From positions 1 through 24,175 of the IMG/VR virus record IMGVR_UViG_3300013120_000407: 24,175 nucleotides of DNA. One strand, 5' to 3'. Below, one piece after another: positions 8,036-15,975 of the stretch. The translations under genes and the position numbers were made by a program. Within the stretch, counting starts at the first letter, position 1; each line of letters starts with the position of its first letter. This DNA comes from a virus. Lineage: Duplodnaviria; Caudoviricetes. The notes beneath the pieces were generated by a model. That model saw nothing but the letters and a program-made list of their open reading frames with translations. It searched no databases and was not told the origin of the DNA.

Positions 8036-9897
8036 TACACCACTCCGTAAGCAGCAGGAACACGGCGGCCCGTGCGAGGCTGTGCGCGTTCCAGGGCTTC
8101 GATCGTTCGGCGGGAACGGGTGCGGAGATGTTCATACAGGCTGGTGCCGATGACCTTGTGATCGATCTTCCACACGGCCAGCAAGGATTGGATACCGCCG
8201 CCGCTGGCTGCGGCGTCCACGGCCTTGGGCCCGCCCATGGCATCCTGCTGCGGACGGGTCAACACCCGCTCACCACGACGAATCACGGCCGGGGTTTCGT
8301 CCGGAGCTCCGCCCACCAGACCCGTGTGGAACGTGGGAAGACGCTGGGATGTGACGGCCATGGTTTGGGCCGTGGCGGTCCCGACGATTCCCGCGGATGC
8401 GATAGCCCCGCCGATGGGCCCCAGCGTGGCAAACGCTTTCATGATGGCCGCAGCCGCATCCACCTGTATCTGGGCCACCGCCGCCAGCTTGTAGAACGTG
8501 AACCACTTGCGGGCCGCGTCCGCGTTGCTTTCGTTGATGGTGTCCGCCGTGGTTTGCGCCAAGTCAGCCCACCCACCCAGGAACGTCTGGGTTGCACTGA
8601 ACCGGGCCGCTTGCTCCGCCTCGATGCGGGCCAACTCCCGTTCGTGCATTTCCTCGGCCAACCGCTCCGCCTGTTCCTGCTGTTGCTGCCGCAGCGCGGA
8701 CAGCTGGTGTTCTGCACGCTCGAGTACCGCGTAGCGTGCGGCCTCCACCTCAACGGACGCACCTACCTTTGCCGCCAATTCGTCTATCTTGGCCAGCTCC
8801 ACATCCCGCAGATGGAGTATCCGTTCCTCCGCCCCCATGACCGCTTCCTGCGCACGCATGCGGATGGACTGTAAGGATGCAGCGGCACGCTCAAGATCCT
8901 TGATCGCGGCCGTTTGCTTTTTGGTGGTCTTGGCTCCCTCTTCCCCCGTGCGGTTGACCTCGGTCTGGACGCTGATCAGCTGTTCCGCCTGGCCCATGTA
9001 CCCGCCCAGGCCATCGGTGTACCAGCGGATTGCCTCCCCGGATCCTGTGACCCAGTTTTCCACCGCACCCTTGGCCAGGTTCCGGGTCCACGCGTCGTAT
9101 TCCGCGTTGACATCCTGCAACGAACCACCGAGGCCCTCCATGCCCAGCGCGCTGGCGGCCTTGCCCAGCAGGCCCAGCATGTCCACGATCCCTGTCACGC
9201 CACCCAGCAGGGCCTGTATCAGCTTGTCCGTGATGTCGATCGCCAGGTCCTTGATCACGGCTCGGCCAGCGTCCAGACCCGAAAACAGATCCTTGGACAT
9301 CAACGCCATGGCAACGATCACGGTCCCTGATTTTTCCACCACGGGGGCCAGCTCCCCGCCCAGGGTGACCACCACGGCCTTGGCCACGGTGCCCAACGCA
9401 TCCAACGATGCGTTGGCCCGCTCCAGGGTGGCCACCTGTTCCGCGGTCAACAGCTCGAATCCCGGGACGTCCGCAAAGTCCTCGAGCTCGTCCCGCAAGT
9501 CCTCCGCATTGCGGACGGCTGCAACGATACCAGCCCCCACACCAACGACCGCCGCACCCAAGGCCACGCTTCCCACGGTGGCCACGGCAAAACCCTTGCC
9601 CAGTTCCTTGGACCCGATGGACAGATACCGCAGCTGTCGGGCCACGTCGGACAGGGGGCCCGCACCAATTCCGTCCATCAAATCCTCAACGGACGCCAGC
9701 TGGTCTCCGAAATCCTGGGCCCCCCTCTTGGACGCTTTCCATGCTTTCTTGGACGCGGCCTCCGCTTTCTTCATCTGGGATGTGAAGCCCTTGACCATGC
9801 GCTTGGCCTCGGCCTCGGTCATCCCTGGGAGCTTTTTGAGCTCCTTTCGCATGTTGGCCAGGTCCGCCTGGAACGAGACAGTTGCGGTACGTGCCAT
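8035..9897 (-). CDS. Tail tape measure protein (620 aa)
   Basis: Ala/Gly-rich and helical with coiled-coil and hydrophobic segments; N-terminal ATVSFQADL; C-terminal FHTG...DETPAVIRRGERVLT motif common in tape measures; follows the tail chaperones. Confidence 0.88.
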   Translation of the reverse strand: MARTATVSFQADLANMRKELKKLPGMTEAEAKRMVKGFTSQMKKAEAASKKAWKASKRGAQDFGDQLASVEDLMDGIGAGPLSDVARQLRYLSIGSKELGKGFAVATVGSVALGAAVVGVGAGIVAAVRNAEDLRDELEDFADVPGFELLTAEQVATLERANASLDALGTVAKAVVVTLGGELAPVVEKSGTVIVAMALMSKDLFSGLDAGRAVIKDLAIDITDKLIQALLGGVTGIVDMLGLLGKAASALGMEGLGGSLQDVNAEYDAWTRNLAKGAVENWVTGSGEAIRWYTDGLGGYMGQAEQLISVQTEVNRTGEEGAKTTKKQTAAIKDLERAAASLQSIRMRAQEAVMGAEERILHLRDVELAKIDELAAKVGASVEVEAARYAVLERAEHQLSALRQQQQEQAERLAEEMHERELARIEAEQAARFSATQTFLGGWADLAQTTADTINESNADAARKWFTFYKLAAVAQIQVDAAAAIMKAFATLGPIGGAIASAGIVGTATAQTMAVTSQRLPTFHTGLVGGAPDETPAVIRRGERVLTRPQQDAMGGPKAVDAAASGGGIQSLLAVWKIDHKVIGTSLYEHLRTRSRRTIEALERAQPRTGRRVPAAYGVV

Positions 9898-9898
9898 G

Positions 9899-10405
9899 TC
9901 AGCTACCCCCGTCCGCCAGGCGAATCAACTCGTCCTGCAACTCGTCCGCCAGCTTGGGCTGGGCCTTGCGGTGGGGACTTCGTACCAGGACCTGCCACGG
10001 GCTTTTGTAGGTGAGCGCATCGCTGGGCGCACCCTTGCCAAACTTACGTTGCAGGTAACGCAGCTGGGCGGAACTCTTGGCTCGGGCCCGCAGCTCCGCC
10101 TCCGTGTATCGCGAGAACTTGATCATGTAGGCATACGGCCGTCCCGATGCGTCCCGCGCGTCGTTGTACAGCACGGTTTCGATTCCATCGGGGGTCAACC
10201 GAGACAGGATGCGAAACGCAGCAGCGGATCGGCCGGTCTTGCGCGGCCATCGCTCGAGCGCATCCCGGACGATCCGCGCGCTGGTCTCCTCAAACCGGCG
10301 GACGACGACAGGAGCCAGCCCATCGGGGATGGTGCGCTCCAGATCGAACAGCGCCCCATCCATGCGGACCGTGGTGGTTCCATCGCTGGCGGAGACTCCG
10401 CCCAC
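9899..10405 (-). CDS. HK97 gp10-like tail completion protein (168 aa)
   Basis: GTG start with AAGGAG RBS; basic; WPRKTGRS...YAYMI matches the P-x-x-T-G...YA pattern of HK97 gp10-like proteins. Confidence 0.6.
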   Translation of the reverse strand: MGGVSASDGTTTVRMDGALFDLERTIPDGLAPVVVRRFEETSARIVRDALERWPRKTGRSAAAFRILSRLTPDGIETVLYNDARDASGRPYAYMIKFSRYTEAELRARAKSSAQLRYLQRKFGKGAPSDALTYKSPWQVLVRSPHRKAQPKLADELQDELIRLADGGS

Positions 10406-10408
10406 GGC

Positions 10409-10929
10409 TCACTCCTTTTGGCCCGCCAGCTTGGCCTGGTGCCACGCCAGCATCTTGGTCTGGTCCTCCCGGCTCAACGTGGCCCACCAGCTAGGCTCCT
10501 TTCCCCACAGGGCGCACAGCTCGAGGATGGCAACCTCTATGCTTCCCCGTGGGGATCGATAAAAGCCTTGGCCGCGGCCAGCTCCTCCGGGGATAGCAGC
10601 AAATCGGGCAAGAGCTCGTAAGCAGCGATCCCCGCCGCAATCACTTCACCCAGCGGCACACCAGCCGAACACATGGAGTCGATCACGTTGGACCCGTACA
10701 CGAGGCCATCGAACCGACAACGCAACATCTCGGGACGGGCCTGGCCAGGCCAGGTGATATGTCGCGGCCAGCACACCCCCAGGGCCGCAGCTGCGGACCA
10801 CTGGGGATGGCGGACTCCGATATTGATAACGGCCAGGACCTCGGCCTGGGAGGTGGGAATTTCCAGTTCCACCTCCTGGCCTTGGATGGTCACGATCGGT
10901 GCGTCGGACATTGCCTCCTCCTCCGTCAT
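10409..10929 (-). CDS. Frameshifted tail assembly chaperone extension (gpGT-like, -1 shift near 10561-10567)
   Basis: The -1 frame after AAG GCT TTT reads YRSPRGSIEVAILELCALWGKEPSWWATLSREDQTKMLAWHQAKLAGQKE* and ends 3 nt before the next start; no evident RBS-plus-start of its own. Confidence 0.75.
10537..10929 (-). CDS. Tail assembly chaperone (gpG-like, 130 aa; alternative start MSDAPIV)
   Basis: Follows the tail tube gene; N-terminal IVTIQGQEVEL; ends just after a T-run shift site. Confidence 0.75.
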   Translation of the reverse strand: MTEEEAMSDAPIVTIQGQEVELEIPTSQAEVLAVINIGVRHPQWSAAAALGVCWPRHITWPGQARPEMLRCRFDGLVYGSNVIDSMCSAGVPLGEVIAAGIAAYELLPDLLLSPEELAAAKAFIDPHGEA

Positions 10930-10934
10930 ACCGA

Positions 10935-11420
10935 TCAGGTGGTAGCCACGGCCCCGTACACCGTCCCAGACGTGGAGATAGTGTTGGGCTCACCCTCAGC
11001 AAACGCCACCTCCGGGTGGAAGTCGTTGATGGTGAACACGTGGGTTTCCGCGTCGTAGGCAATCGTCAATTCCGCAATGATGGTCTTGACGTCGCCTATG
11101 GACTCCGTGGTCGAGGTATTCCCGCTGTACTTGTTGCGGAACAGCAGGAAGTCCAAGATCGCGTCATCCGTGGCGTCCGAAAGACCCGCTTGCATGAACG
11201 ACAGGGACAGGGATGGATGCTTTGGGTTGCCGCTCCGTAGACCCACCAGGGTCCCCCGCGAATAGTACGCGTGGGTTTCCTTCAGGTCCGGCGTCAACCC
11301 GTCGATCTTCAGATCCCCGTTGTCCAGCTGAGTGGTCAGCGTCACGGGCGTTCCGGTGCCGTCCTTCAGGACCAGCGTAGCGTCCGTGAAATGCTTGACG
11401 ATCGTCGATTCGAAAGCCAT
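10935..11420 (-). CDS. Major tail tube protein (161 aa)
   Basis: Size, acidic T/G-rich beta composition, C-terminal AEGEPNTISTSGTVYG, position directly before the chaperone pair. Confidence 0.75.
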   Translation of the reverse strand: MAFESTIVKHFTDATLVLKDGTGTPVTLTTQLDNGDLKIDGLTPDLKETHAYYSRGTLVGLRSGNPKHPSLSLSFMQAGLSDATDDAILDFLLFRNKYSGNTSTTESIGDVKTIIAELTIAYDAETHVFTINDFHPEVAFAEGEPNTISTSGTVYGAVATT

Positions 11421-11445
11421 CGATCAGCCCCTTTCAGCTGACGGT

Positions 11446-14400
11446 TCAGGTCTTGTAAGAAACCACGTAGTCCTTGGCTCCATCCGGTGCCGCGGTCGGG
11501 GTGAACGCCCCATCCGCGGACAGGGTGGCCCCAGCGTCCCGGCCGCCCGCGCTGGTCTCGTATGCCTCGAGCAAGGTCGGGGACTTGCTGCCCACGACCA
11601 CGCCCATGGCGATCCCGCACTGGACATCCATGGTTCCCGCGGAGTGGGTGCCCAGGTTGCGCACCCGACGAATGAGCTGGAACGGAATGGTTCCCTGTAC
11701 CGTGGAGCCCGCCACCGGGGTGATGGTGTCGGTCGCGTCATCGCCCGCCATGGTCAGCCCGGTGACCTCGATGTCTCCGCCGTCCCAGTCCGGACCAGCG
11801 GACGCAGCCACCTGGGCCACGCGCGGAACGTCCGGCTGCGTGAGGTTGCCCCAGGTGGTTTCGTCGAAATCTGCAGCCTTCTGGACCAGGATGTTGGTCC
11901 CAGCCGCGGCCGGGTTTGTGAACGTGTCGATTCGCACGTCCTCGAGATCATCCACCGTGGTGGACCAGGAGACGACCACCCAGTTGGAACCGTCGTAGAC
12001 AACCTGGACGTAGTCCGTGACCTCGGCCAGGGAGATGTCACGGCCGTTGGGACACACAATGTTGCCCGTGCCGTGCTTGACCACCACGGTGCGCCCGGAG
12101 TTTTCGGCACGCAGCCAGATGACCTCCTCCGCGGTTCCGCCGTTGATGGTGTCCAGGTCGTCCGACGCGGCGTCACCCTCGGTGTCCACCTTGTGCGCGG
12201 CCTGGGTCGCGGTGATCGCACCCGTGCTGATCGTCAGCTCGGTGGCCGCATCGAAGATCAGCTCGGGCAGCGTGTCACGGGCCAGGGTGCTGGCCGCGAC
12301 AATGATCACGTTGGTTCCGTCTCCCACGCCAATGACGTAGTCCGTGACCTCGGCCAGGGAGATGTCACGGGAGTTCGGGCAATAGATGTTGCCCGTGCCG
12401 TGCTTGACCACCACGGTGCGCGCGGCATTCTCCGGATAGAAGATCACGAGCTCCCCGGCAACCACTCCGTTGATGGTGTCCAGGTCGTCCGACGCAGCGT
12501 CACCCTCGGTGTCCACCGAGTGGATTCCCTGGGTCGCAGTGATCGCACCCGTGCTGATCGTCAGCTCCGTGGCCGCGTCGAACACCAGATCCGGGTGGGT
12601 GTCTGCGGCCAGCGTGCCCGCAGCCAGTACGATGGCGTTGGAGCCATCGCCCAGGACCATGACTCCGTCCGTGACCTCGGCCAGCGTAATGTCACGGCCG
12701 TTGGGGCACAGGATGTTGCCCGTGCCATGCTTGACCACCACGTCTCGGCCGGCATTCTCGGCGGTCAGCCAAACCAGCTCGTCCGCCCCCAGGCCATTGA
12801 TGGTGTCCAGGTCATCGGTCCCCGCATCCGCCTCCGTGTCGATGGTATGCCGGGCCTGGGTCACTGTGATCTCACCCGTGGCGATCGTCAGCTCCGTGGC
12901 CGCCTGGAACCGCAGATCACTGTGCGGGGTGCTGACGTCCAGGGAGGACGCAATCACCCGCCAGCCGGTCCCCTCGTAGGCCACCAGGACAAAGTCCGTC
13001 AGGGTGTCCAGGATGATGTCATCGCCATCCGGACACGTGATGTTGCCGGTCCCGTGCTTGACCACCACGTTGTGCGTGGCATCCGCCAGGCGGAGCAACA
13101 CGAGCTCGTCCGCGGTCCCGCCATTGATGGTGTCCAGGTCATCCGACGCAGCCGCGGCCTCGGTGTCCACGGCGTGGGAACCGCCGGTCACTGTGATCGC
13201 ACCCGTGGCGATCGTCAGGGACGATCCCGCATAGGTCAGGAACTTGGTGGTGGGCCGCTGGGCGGCGGTCCGCCAGGCCACGACCGTCCAGTTGGAACCG
13301 TCGTAGTACAGCTGGACGAAGTCCGAAACCTCGGCCAGCGTGATGTCCTGGGCCTCCGGGCACAGGATGTTGCCGGTCCCGTGCTTGACCACCACGTCCC
13401 GGCCGGCGTTCTCGGCCCGCAGCCAGATGACCTCCTCTGCGGTCCCACCGCTGACGGTGTCCAGGTCATCGGACCCGGCGTCACCCTCGGTGTCCACCGT
13501 GTGCGCGGCCTGGGTCACGGTGATCGCGCCCGTGCTGATCGTCAACTCGGTGGCCGCATCAAAGATCAGATCCGGATGCGTGTCCGCAGCCAGGGTATTG
13601 GATGCGATGACTGCCCAGTTGGAACCGTCGTAGTACAGCTGGACATAGTCCGTGACCTCGGCCAGGGAGATGTCACGGCCGTTGGGGCACAGGATGTTGC
13701 CCGTGCCATGCTTGACCACCACGGTCCGCGCGGCGTTGTTGGGGCGCAGCCAGATGACCTCCTCTGCGGTCCCACCGTTGATGGTGTCCAGGTCGTCCGA
13801 CGCGGCGTCACCCTCGGTGTCCACCGTGTGGGCAAACTGGGTCACAGTGATCGCACCCGTGGCGATCGTCAGCTCGGATGCTGCATCAAAAATCAGCTCG
13901 GGCAGGGTGTCCCGGGACAGGGTGGACTCCGCCACGACGATGACGTTGGTCCCGTTCCCGATACACATAACATAGTCCGTGACCTCGGCCAGGGAGATGT
14001 CACGAGCGTTTGGGCACAGGATGTTGCCCGTGCCGTGCTTGAACACGACGGTGCGGGCCGCGTTGTTCGGATAGAAGAAACAAACCTCACCCGCGGCCAA
14101 ACCGTTGATGGTGTCCAGGTCGTCCGACGCGGCGTCACCCTCGGTATCGATGTTGTGCAACGACTGGGTGGCGGTGATTGCCCCGGTCGCGATGGTCAGC
14201 TCGGTGGCAGCCGGCAGAATCAAATCTTGATTGTCCAGCCGCCAGGTGGTCCCGTTGTCCACGGTTTTGTACACCAGGGCGTTGGTGCCGGTGGCACCAT
14301 CACGGAGATAGACCATCTCATTGACGTCATATCCGTAGTTTCCAGAGGGAGCACCCGCCCCCGCGATGATCATCGGGACATCCGCGTCCCGCTGAGTCGC

Positions 14401-14469
14401 AGAGGTTCGGACGCCCAGACCCGTAGCCGCGATCGGCTTCCGGCGTCGAATAGCGAACTGGCTTGCCAT
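11446..14469 (-). CDS. Virion appendage / decoration protein with seven tandem 109-aa domains (1007 aa)
   Basis: RBS GGAGGA. N-terminal GAGAPS..YLRDG..VYKT..W module, seven repeats at aa 83-845, unique C-terminal domain with QPDVPR. Lies between neck genes and tail tube. Confidence 0.8.
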   Translation of the reverse strand: MASQFAIRRRKPIAATGLGVRTSATQRDADVPMIIAGAGAPSGNYGYDVNEMVYLRDGATGTNALVYKTVDNGTTWRLDNQDLILPAATELTIATGAITATQSLHNIDTEGDAASDDLDTINGLAAGEVCFFYPNNAARTVVFKHGTGNILCPNARDISLAEVTDYVMCIGNGTNVIVVAESTLSRDTLPELIFDAASELTIATGAITVTQFAHTVDTEGDAASDDLDTINGGTAEEVIWLRPNNAARTVVVKHGTGNILCPNGRDISLAEVTDYVQLYYDGSNWAVIASNTLAADTHPDLIFDAATELTISTGAITVTQAAHTVDTEGDAGSDDLDTVSGGTAEEVIWLRAENAGRDVVVKHGTGNILCPEAQDITLAEVSDFVQLYYDGSNWTVVAWRTAAQRPTTKFLTYAGSSLTIATGAITVTGGSHAVDTEAAAASDDLDTINGGTADELVLLRLADATHNVVVKHGTGNITCPDGDDIILDTLTDFVLVAYEGTGWRVIASSLDVSTPHSDLRFQAATELTIATGEITVTQARHTIDTEADAGTDDLDTINGLGADELVWLTAENAGRDVVVKHGTGNILCPNGRDITLAEVTDGVMVLGDGSNAIVLAAGTLAADTHPDLVFDAATELTISTGAITATQGIHSVDTEGDAASDDLDTINGVVAGELVIFYPENAARTVVVKHGTGNIYCPNSRDISLAEVTDYVIGVGDGTNVIIVAASTLARDTLPELIFDAATELTISTGAITATQAAHKVDTEGDAASDDLDTINGGTAEEVIWLRAENSGRTVVVKHGTGNIVCPNGRDISLAEVTDYVQVVYDGSNWVVVSWSTTVDDLEDVRIDTFTNPAAAGTNILVQKAADFDETTWGNLTQPDVPRVAQVAASAGPDWDGGDIEVTGLTMAGDDATDTITPVAGSTVQGTIPFQLIRRVRNLGTHSAGTMDVQCGIAMGVVVGSKSPTLLEAYETSAGGRDAGATLSADGAFTPTAAPDGAKDYVVSYKT
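11935..14223 (-). repeat. Seven imperfect tandem 327-bp coding repeats
   Basis: gtccaggtcgtccgacgc recurs at 12151 and 12478 (327 apart); unit starts checked at 14223, 13896 and 12261. Consensus ELTIxTGAITxTQxxHxxDTExxAxxDDLDTINGxxxxExxxxxxxxxxxxVVVKHGTGNIxCP. Confidence 0.95.
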
Positions 14470-14501
14470 CGGTATTCCTCCACCGCCCCTTGGACGGTCG
14501 T

Positions 14502-14945
14502 TTAGCTCAGGGCGTAATGGTGCAGCACCCTGAACGCGATTGTGCCAACGAAGTAAACGTGGTCCTCAGACAGGAGCTCCCGCCCCAGGACCTCTTCAAA
14601 TACGATATGTGTGTTCGTGGGCGGAGACCCCTTGGCCGCAGCCACCAGGGACAGCTCCCCGCCCAAGGCCAGGTCATAGTCCGCCCGCATTCGATTCCCC
14701 CGGATGCGCCACAGGAACCGGGCCAGGACCTGGGTCCGCACGTAGGCCCCCACGGACAGCCGCTGGCGGTCCGTCTGCTGGACCAGCTGAGTACGACCCA
14801 GGCCCACGGCAAAGGACTTGTGGACGTATGTCTTGGGATCGAACGCGATCAGGTCGAACGGCCAACGGGATTCCCGAAAGCCGGTCACGGCGTCCAAGGC
14901 GGTGGCCACCCCCTGGCGGATGGTCGCGGGGGCAACTGCGGTCAT
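14502..14945 (-). CDS. Putative tail terminator / neck protein (147 aa)
   Basis: ATG 14945 overlaps the upstream TGA (ORF track uses 14963). N-terminal helix IRQGVATALDAV then beta strands ending in FRVLH, the layout of tail terminators; position. Confidence 0.55.
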   Translation of the reverse strand: MTAVAPATIRQGVATALDAVTGFRESRWPFDLIAFDPKTYVHKSFAVGLGRTQLVQQTDRQRLSVGAYVRTQVLARFLWRIRGNRMRADYDLALGGELSLVAAAKGSPPTNTHIVFEEVLGRELLSEDHVYFVGTIAFRVLHHYALS

Positions 14946-15691
14946 CGGTAACCCCTCGAGCAAAGCCAGGTGGTGGGACGAGCTCCCACCCGATGGTCCG
15001 GGCTGTCCGGGGTCCCGTCGTCGTCGCTGTCATACAGGAAGTTGCAACGGTTCCAAGCCTGTTCGTACCGCCTGCGGTACTCCGTGGCCTTGGCCGCAAA
15101 CGCTTCATACTGACGCGTGGCCAGGTCATCGAAGATGATCGCCAAGGTCAGATTCAGCCAGATTCCACGCAGCGCACTGGGCGATACGATCAGGTTCGGG
15201 CGGTTTCCCTGTTCGATCAGCCGGAGCTGGACTTCCACGTCCGCTTCATCGATGTAGGACTGATAGTCCGTGGCATCGGTCATGGGGTCCGAGCTGTTGG
15301 GGTCCAGCGCGGTTTCCCGGCGGAACAGGTCCAGGTCCGTGATCGATGGGTACAGGCGAGCGGACACCAGGGCCCCATCATTGCGGAACGTGTGGGTCAC
15401 GTCCGACATGACCAGGGCCCATTCCAGGATCCACCCCTCGGACAGGTCCTCCGCGTCCAGCGTTGCGGACGGAACCGTGTACGTGGCAATGGACCCGGTC
15501 ACGGTCACGGCCGCTGGCGACACCACATCATCCCCCACCTGATTGCGGATGGTCACGGTTGACCCCGCCTGCGTGGGGGCCTCGAGCGCACCATCCACGT
15601 ACACGGGACACTGGATGTCACTGTCCCGCCCCTGTTCCAAAAGGTCCGGGAGCTGGTACCGCGCGGAGTATCGGGTGTCCGTGCTACTCAC
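14942..15691 (-). CDS. Head-tail adaptor with extra N-terminal beta domain (249 aa)
   Basis: C-terminal half is helical (YQSYIDEADVEVQLRL...LRGIWLNLTLAIIF...EYRRRYEQAW) like gp15/gp6-type adaptors; GTGA-coupled; position after head genes. Confidence 0.55.
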   Translation of the reverse strand: MSSTDTRYSARYQLPDLLEQGRDSDIQCPVYVDGALEAPTQAGSTVTIRNQVGDDVVSPAAVTVTGSIATYTVPSATLDAEDLSEGWILEWALVMSDVTHTFRNDGALVSARLYPSITDLDLFRRETALDPNSSDPMTDATDYQSYIDEADVEVQLRLIEQGNRPNLIVSPSALRGIWLNLTLAIIFDDLATRQYEAFAAKATEYRRRYEQAWNRCNFLYDSDDDGTPDSPDHRVGARPTTWLCSRGYR

Positions 15692-15972
15692 GAGTGGTAC
15701 TCGTTTCCGACCTGGCGGTCCCGCCAGCGGTCATGGACCCCGCGGGACTTGTGCTTTGCCCATTGCTCCGTGGCTCCGTGCGCCACGCACTTGGCTGCGA
15801 ACGCATCCCGGGATTCCGGGTGGGCCTGCAGGGATGCCACCCTGGCCGGTACGCTGGGCACCCGCGGGCAGTCCGCCTCACAGTACGGGCAAGGGATCGC
15901 GTCCTGGGGTTTCGACGTCAGGGTCTCCACCTCCGCTCCGCAGTTTCCACACCGGTACTCGTAAATCGCCAC
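15688..15972 (-). CDS. FmdB-family zinc-ribbon protein (94 aa)
   Basis: MAIYEYRCGNCGAEVE...CPYCE...RVPS matches the MPxYxYxCxxCG...CPxC signature of the family. Confidence 0.85.
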   Translation of the reverse strand: MAIYEYRCGNCGAEVETLTSKPQDAIPCPYCEADCPRVPSVPARVASLQAHPESRDAFAAKCVAHGATEQWAKHKSRGVHDRWRDRQVGNEYHS

Positions 15973-15975
15973 GGT

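Noticed and set aside
10935-11420. Contractile tail, tailocin or gene transfer agent interpretation
   Set aside because: No sheath or wedge genes; full head, packaging and lysis modules plus small accessory genes fit an ordinary siphovirus genome.
11935-14223. Repeat array as CRISPR or as DGR template/variable repeats
   Set aside because: The period is 327 bp, in frame and coding, with no repeat-spacer structure; differences are not evidently adenine-specific and no reverse transcriptase is in the window.
11332-14505. 1057-aa plus-strand ORF
   Set aside because: Codon-aligned antisense shadow of the repeat gene: the sense gene avoids TTA, CTA and TCA, so the reverse frame lacks stops. Its composition (R/G/V/H-rich) is not protein-like.
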